From Lama guanicoe (taxonomy: Eukaryota): a stretch of DNA of 64,000 nucleotides. The stretch covers positions 939,320 to 1,003,319 of the forward strand of contig MU053810.1 of NCBI GenBank assembly GCA_013239625.1. Direction: 5' to 3'. Numbering within the stretch: position 1 is the stretch's first letter; the number at the start of each line of letters is the position of its first letter. The notes beneath the pieces are model-generated. The model saw nothing but the letters and a program-made list of their open reading frames with translations. It made no database searches and was not told where the DNA came from. Shown here in pieces: positions 58,180 to 64,000 of this stretch. The position numbers were made by a program, and so were the translations under genes.

Positions 58180-59360
58180 ATCATTCTCATCATTTCTTAG
58201 TTCTTTAGACATAGTTTCCATTAGTTCGTTGAAATATTTAAAATAGCTAATTTAAAGTCTTTTTTTCAGTAGGTCCAATGTCTGGGCTTCCTCAGAGACA
58301 CTTTCTGTTGATTACTTTTTTCCTGTATTTGAGTCACATTTTCTTGTTTCTTCGAATTTCTCACAATTTCTTTTGAAACACAGACACTTAAAACAATTTA
58401 ATGGGGCAAATGTGGAAATCTGATTCCCCTCACTTTCACAGTTTGTTGTTGTAGTTTGTTATGTTTGCTGTATTTTAGTTTAATGACTTTTCTGGAATAA
58501 TTCTGTGAAGTCTTGATTCTTGTCATGTGTGGCCATTGAATTGTCTGCTTGGTCAGCTTAGTGGTCAGTAAACGCTTGGAAAGTTTCTTAAATGCCTGGA
58601 ACTAGTAAATCTCCCAGTGTTTGTTGAGGGACTCTGCTGTGGTACACTTTCAGTATTCACTGAGACATTTGCCAGCTCTGTCTTACTCTTTCTTGCCTGC
58701 TTCAACAGAGTCTCAACGTCAGCCAGAGATGAGCTCTTGGTGCCTTTTCAGGTTTTTCCAGAGCACGTGCATAGCTCTGTGCATGCTCGCGTGCCTGTAG
58801 GTTTGCAGGAACGTGTTGGAACATTTCTAAGCTCTTGTGGGACATCTCCGTCCGCAGTTTTGCTTTAAGCTTTTTGTTTAGTTTGTTGTTGGCCCCAGAT
58901 GTTATATACTGCCTCAGGCCACTGTAAAGGTAAAACCTGCCAGTAATTGTTTTCAACACATGCCTGCTGTGCAGAGGCTAGTTGCTTTGGGCTATTTCAG
59001 ACAGCCTTATAAGTGGTGTCTTTCAGGAAACATCAGACTTGTCAAATAACGATAATTATTTGGTAATGAGGCTTGGAAGAGTTCTAACTCTGTTCTGCTC
59101 ATTCCTGTGGTGGCTGTGGTACATCAGGAATGTGGACTGCTATTTTTTTAATTTGCTGTGGAGCTGGAGAGAGTAGGCAGTGGGAATACGGAAAAACCCC
59201 CAAAAACCCTGAAATTCATTTTTTTTTAACTGAGATTGAGTTATGTATTGGTTAAAAGCCCTCCGGTTTACCATTAGGTTTGCTATGATTACTTTCATTG
59301 CTCTTATGGAGAAGACTTTTAGTGGTTTTCACGTTGACATTTTTGTTACTATCATCCTCC
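58180..59360 (-). mobile_element. Old L1 5'/ORF1-region fragment
   Basis: taggtccaatgtctgggcttcctcagagaca and downstream L1M-like motifs. Confidence 0.55.
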
Positions 59361-59806
59361 TGTTTATTGTATGTTTTATGGTTTCCTAAAGTGACTCACC
59401 TAGCCTTTTATCACTGAAGCAGACTTAAATTGATACAGCAGCATTTATGTACAAGTTGTGAGCAATTATAAGAGGTTACTGTTTGAGGGTATCCTTTAAG
59501 ACGTACAGTTTTAGCAAATACGTGGTTATGTTGAGCTTGTTAGATTAATGAACAAGTATGAGGCAAAACTTGTGATTCAGTGGAAATGGACTTAAGTAAA
59601 CAGAAATTACCAACTTGAAGCAACTTGCATCGAAGACTGCTACTTCCTCTGTGTTATCTGAACTGAGCCATATTCCTGTCATAGAGGGACACGCTTTCAC
59701 TTTTCCAAAAGTTTTGACGTTTTAAACTTTGCTTCAGGCCTTGGACCTTGCCATGATGATGCCTTCCTGCAACCTGATTTTTTGGGGGATATTATCTCAC
59801 TGTTAA

Positions 59807-60346
59807 TGTTACTGAACTCAGGTTTGGGTGCTCACCGTTCAAAAATCCATACTCAAGAGAGTCAATGTTGATAGGAAGGAAAGTTGCTTTTAATCAGAGG
59901 GCCAGTAGTCCGGGGAAACGGTGGACTCAGTGGCTTCCAGAGACCATCTCCAAAGATTCTGCTCAGCCGTGAAAGTTTTAAAGGGAAAATAATTGCAGTT
60001 AATCATAGAGATAGGGAGTTAGAGTCATTGCCATCCCAGTCTGTGTGCAGGCTTGTCGATTTCTTGTGATCTTTTCTTTAAATGCTGTCTTACCCCCACA
60101 GTTTGTTTGTGAGATCACTGAAGGGGCAGGCAGGGAAGAAATCTGGTCACCTATTTATTATTCTTCATTCCTACTTCTTTGCTCTATGGAGAAAACCAAC
60201 AAGTTAGGCAAGGTATTTTGTGATCAATAGGTTTGAAAAGCATAGGGGCACCTGATTTAAAAGCTAGTTATAGTGTAGCTTTGCTAAAGTAACAAGGCAG
60301 AAGAGATTTCCTGCTCAGGGCAGTTTGCTCCAGAGAGCTGCTTACA
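59807..60346 (-). mobile_element. ERV solo LTR (class I-like)
   Basis: TG...CA termini (tgtta/ttaca). 4-bp TSD ttaa at 59803-06 and 60347-50. ATTAAA poly(A) signal on minus near 59890. 540 bp long. Confidence 0.75.
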
Positions 60347-62828
60347 TTAACATACTCAGATTTTTTTTTTTGCATTGCTTTGAGCTCATTGATTACTCTG
60401 CATCATGCAATAGGATTTATGTTTCTCCTGCCCACATTCATTCCTGTTAATCACTTAGAACTGGGGAAATGGGGGAAACACAGGACTGCCTATCAATAGT
60501 TGAAGAAAGTGAGACTGAAAAAATCTAACTTCTCTTTTACAAGGATCAAGGTTGGTGGAATTCACTGCCAAAGTTATTGAATTTAGCCCTCAAAACTTAA
60601 TTCATGGTTTCGGTAGCTTTCACATTTTATATACTTTGTATTTTTTGTCATCAATCTTAGTTTACGTTGGGATTTGACTCTGTGGCTTACCCAGCAACTG
60701 AGAGTGTAATGTAAACATTTAAAATTATAAATGAAATCCTGTGTTCTTACTTTGTACTTTTAACAGTTAAAACTTTATCACAAGATTATTTTAAATATGT
60801 TTTAAAGATATACTGTGTGGTGGCTTATACAGATGTAGGCATAAAAATGAGAACATATGAATCATATAAACAAACTGAAATGAATATGGCCGAGATTCAC
60901 AGGAGACATGATGACGATTGTGTGTGTGTGATATGATATTACCAGGCTCCTTCTAGGAGCAAGAAGGGTGTGTGGAGAGAACATTGGATGTATTTTTTTT
61001 ATCACCTTTGTAAATCTCTTCCTGATGGTCAGAACCAGCAGTAGGAGTGGGTATCAGATGAGGGAATGGGCATGTGGGAAAAACTTAAGCTGCCAAGGAT
61101 CTGCTTCATTTTTTATACTCACAGATGGGATGATTAAAGTTCTAGGGAAAGCAAGAGAACTTTCCCTAAGATGATTCTCTCTAAGGAACATCTCCAACTT
61201 TAAATGAAGGAAATTCTATATACTAACAGGGAGCAGAGTAAAATTGAGTGTGCATTAAAAAAATGCTTGCTATTGTCACTAAGTTGGAATTAAAAGTAAT
61301 ACACAGATATTGCTGTTGGGTGCATTTTCAACGCTTTTTTTTTCCCCATGAAAAGAAATCTTATTACTAGAGCAGATGCCAAAGGATCTTAAATTGTTTC
61401 TGAATTTAAAACTTTACTTTTTCCAATAACCTGAAGGTTAACCTTTATTTAATTGTTGACAAAGTACAGAAAAATTGAGTGTCATAAAATGTACCAAATG
61501 ACATGGTTTATAAAACCCGTAGCTGAAATATTTATGATTTTATTGAAAATAATATTTTGTTATTTGATAGCTTAATGTAGCAATCTGATGTTTAAGACCA
61601 AACTTTCAAAAATAAATATGACTGATTTAAATAATTTCCTTGACAAATACAAGTAATTTTTCCTGTATGTATCACAAATGCTTTTTAGTAGCTGAATATT
61701 TATAAACAACAGTTTCTGGCCTGTTGAATACTATTACCATTTGTATTGCTAATATTATCACTTAAACCTCAAGCAGTGTACCCGTATAGCTCATTTTTGT
61801 CATTTGATTATTCACTTGCTAAATGTCTGCTTTCCCTGCTGACTATAACGAAAGAGCAAACTAATGATAGTCCACTTGTGCCCCCATGGTACCAGCTCTT
61901 CATGCAAGTTATGTTTGTATAAGTACCCCAGGTAGTAGATTCTCAGACAATTTTCTGTTTTTGCAGGGATTTCATTATGCCTCTGACCATGTAAGCAATC
62001 ATTAAATGTCTTTTTTTCCTCCTCAATTAGGGTAAAATTTTGGAATAGGTATATGGAAGAAGAGGTTTCTTTAGATTTCATAATTTGACTACTGATTCTT
62101 TCAATAATGTGACAATTAAGTTTGATTTCTAAGACAGCTTTCAAATATCACTAACGTGGCTAGCTATCCTGTCATAATCATCATTGTTATTTTTTTCATT
62201 CTTTCGGCCCAATAGTGGCAAACCAAATAGAGTAGCAGGAAACAGCGGTTCCCAGATTATACACTATAATGTTATCAAGCATCACAAAAAATCTATGAAA
62301 GTCCAGGGAATGTCCCACATTTATCTTATTGGCTTCTAAACTGTAACAGTCCCCTGGCACAGTCTGTTCTCCAGCATACAGGAGAGAATCAGAGCTCAGT
62401 ATTGTTTTCCAGAATTCTGGGCAAAGCTGGGACCATTTGATCCAATTCTTTGTGGAGAAAAGCAGAACAAAATATCATCTCTTTTGAATTCTTCATTGAA
62501 GCTTATTTTGGTGAGCAGTCCCAATATGATGTTTTCCCTGGATACCATCTTTGCAGGGTTAGAACTTTGTCTGTTACATGCGATAAATTAAGTTGTGAAC
62601 TGTAGCCCATAGCAGTGTTATAGGGGTACATTCACAATTAGTTATTTCTCTTGGGAGTATAAGGAAGTCACAATGTCACTCAGACCATCTGCAAAAAAAG
62701 CAAATGATGGGGTTAAATGTTTCATTCTATAAACAAAAATATATTGACCTAATGTGGATATAGGCCTGAATTATTGCCTGGCATATTGAACAGGTTTAGC
62801 AGTGCTTGCTCTGAATCTAACACACTGA

Positions 62829-63226
<398 letters not shown>

Positions 63227-63444
63227 TGATAAAGAACAGATGTTTAGGTGAGTTAGAAGCAGGTTGACTTATCATCTCAATTATCTGAGGAATGAGGAAC
63301 TTGCCAGGGTTTTCAAGGGCTGAACCCAGACAGTTCGAGGAAATTGGGGCACCCAGTCATCCTAAAAGGCAGTTTCAAACAGTTTTAAATTTATGGATCA
63401 AAAGTAAAGTTCATATATATTAAGATATATTGATATATCAGTTA

Positions 63445-64000
63445 AATATATTTTTATTGGGTTATAGTCATTTTACAATGTTGTGTCAAATTCCAGCGTG
63501 TAGAGCACAATTTTTCAGTTATACATGAACATAGACGTATATTCTTTGTCACTTGTTTTTTTTTTTGCTCTGAGCTACCACAAGATCTTGTATATATTTC
63601 CCTGTGCTATACAGTTTACCCAATACCATTTGCTGAAGAGACTGTCTTTATTCCGTTGTATATTCTTGCCTCCTTTGCCAAAGATTAGTTGGCCAAAAGT
63701 TTATGGATTCATTTCTGGGCTCTCTATTCTGTTCCATTGATCTATATGTCTGTTTTTGTACCAATACCATGCTGTTTTGATTAGTATTGTCTGAAGTCTG
63801 GGAGAGTTATTCCTCCAGCCTCTTTCTTTCTCTTCAGTAATGCTTTGACAATTCTAGGTCTTTAGTGCTTCCATATAAATTTTATTATGATTTGTTCTAG
63901 TTCTGTGAAATATGTCCTGGGTAATTTGATAGGGATTGCATTTAATCTATAGATTGCTTTGGGCAGTGTGACCATTTTAACAACATTGATTCTTCCAATC
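63445..64000 (-). mobile_element. Lineage-specific L1 3' end joined to ORF2 sequence; runs off window
   Basis: tttttattgggttatagtcattttacaatgttgtgtc 3' terminus, followed by antisense ORF2 (gaagagactgtc, gtaccaataccatgctgttttg, gggattgcatt). Confidence 0.85.

Overview
This is mammalian genomic DNA, most likely camelid, judging by two tRNA-derived SINEs of Vic-1 type. It is repeat-rich: L1, L2, MIR, Tigger/MER DNA transposons and MaLR/ERV LTRs. The only protein-coding gene I can support is the 5' end of MALRD1 (Diet1; MAM and LDL-receptor class A domain protein) on the + strand. It has four GT-AG coding exons at 36341-36518, 49646-49786, 62845-62939 and 63029-63190 that splice in frame and continue beyond the window. 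Two GC-rich, intronless minus-strand retrocopies stand out from the AT-rich background: ESRRA (about 20671-22481, upstream of MALRD1) and PACSIN3 (about 54093-56066, in MALRD1 intron 2). Both have a poly(A) remnant, candidate target-site duplications (TSDs) and disabling indels. The most unusual signal is that the CpG-rich parts of both dead retrocopies appear to have mutated almost entirely from A/T to G/C, the opposite of normal pseudogene decay, and both carry short-homology deletions in the same zones. This suggests the inserted CpG islands became recombination/GC-biased gene conversion hotspots. Smaller oddities include a 45-bp templated insertion copied from 1.5 kb away, a twin-primed L1, a 50-bp L1 tail with a perfect 15-bp TSD, and a GTG at the position of the human MALRD1 start codon. 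Comparisons to human proteins and repeat consensuses are from memory, not from an alignment run. Most short ORFs in the track are spurious or repeat-derived.
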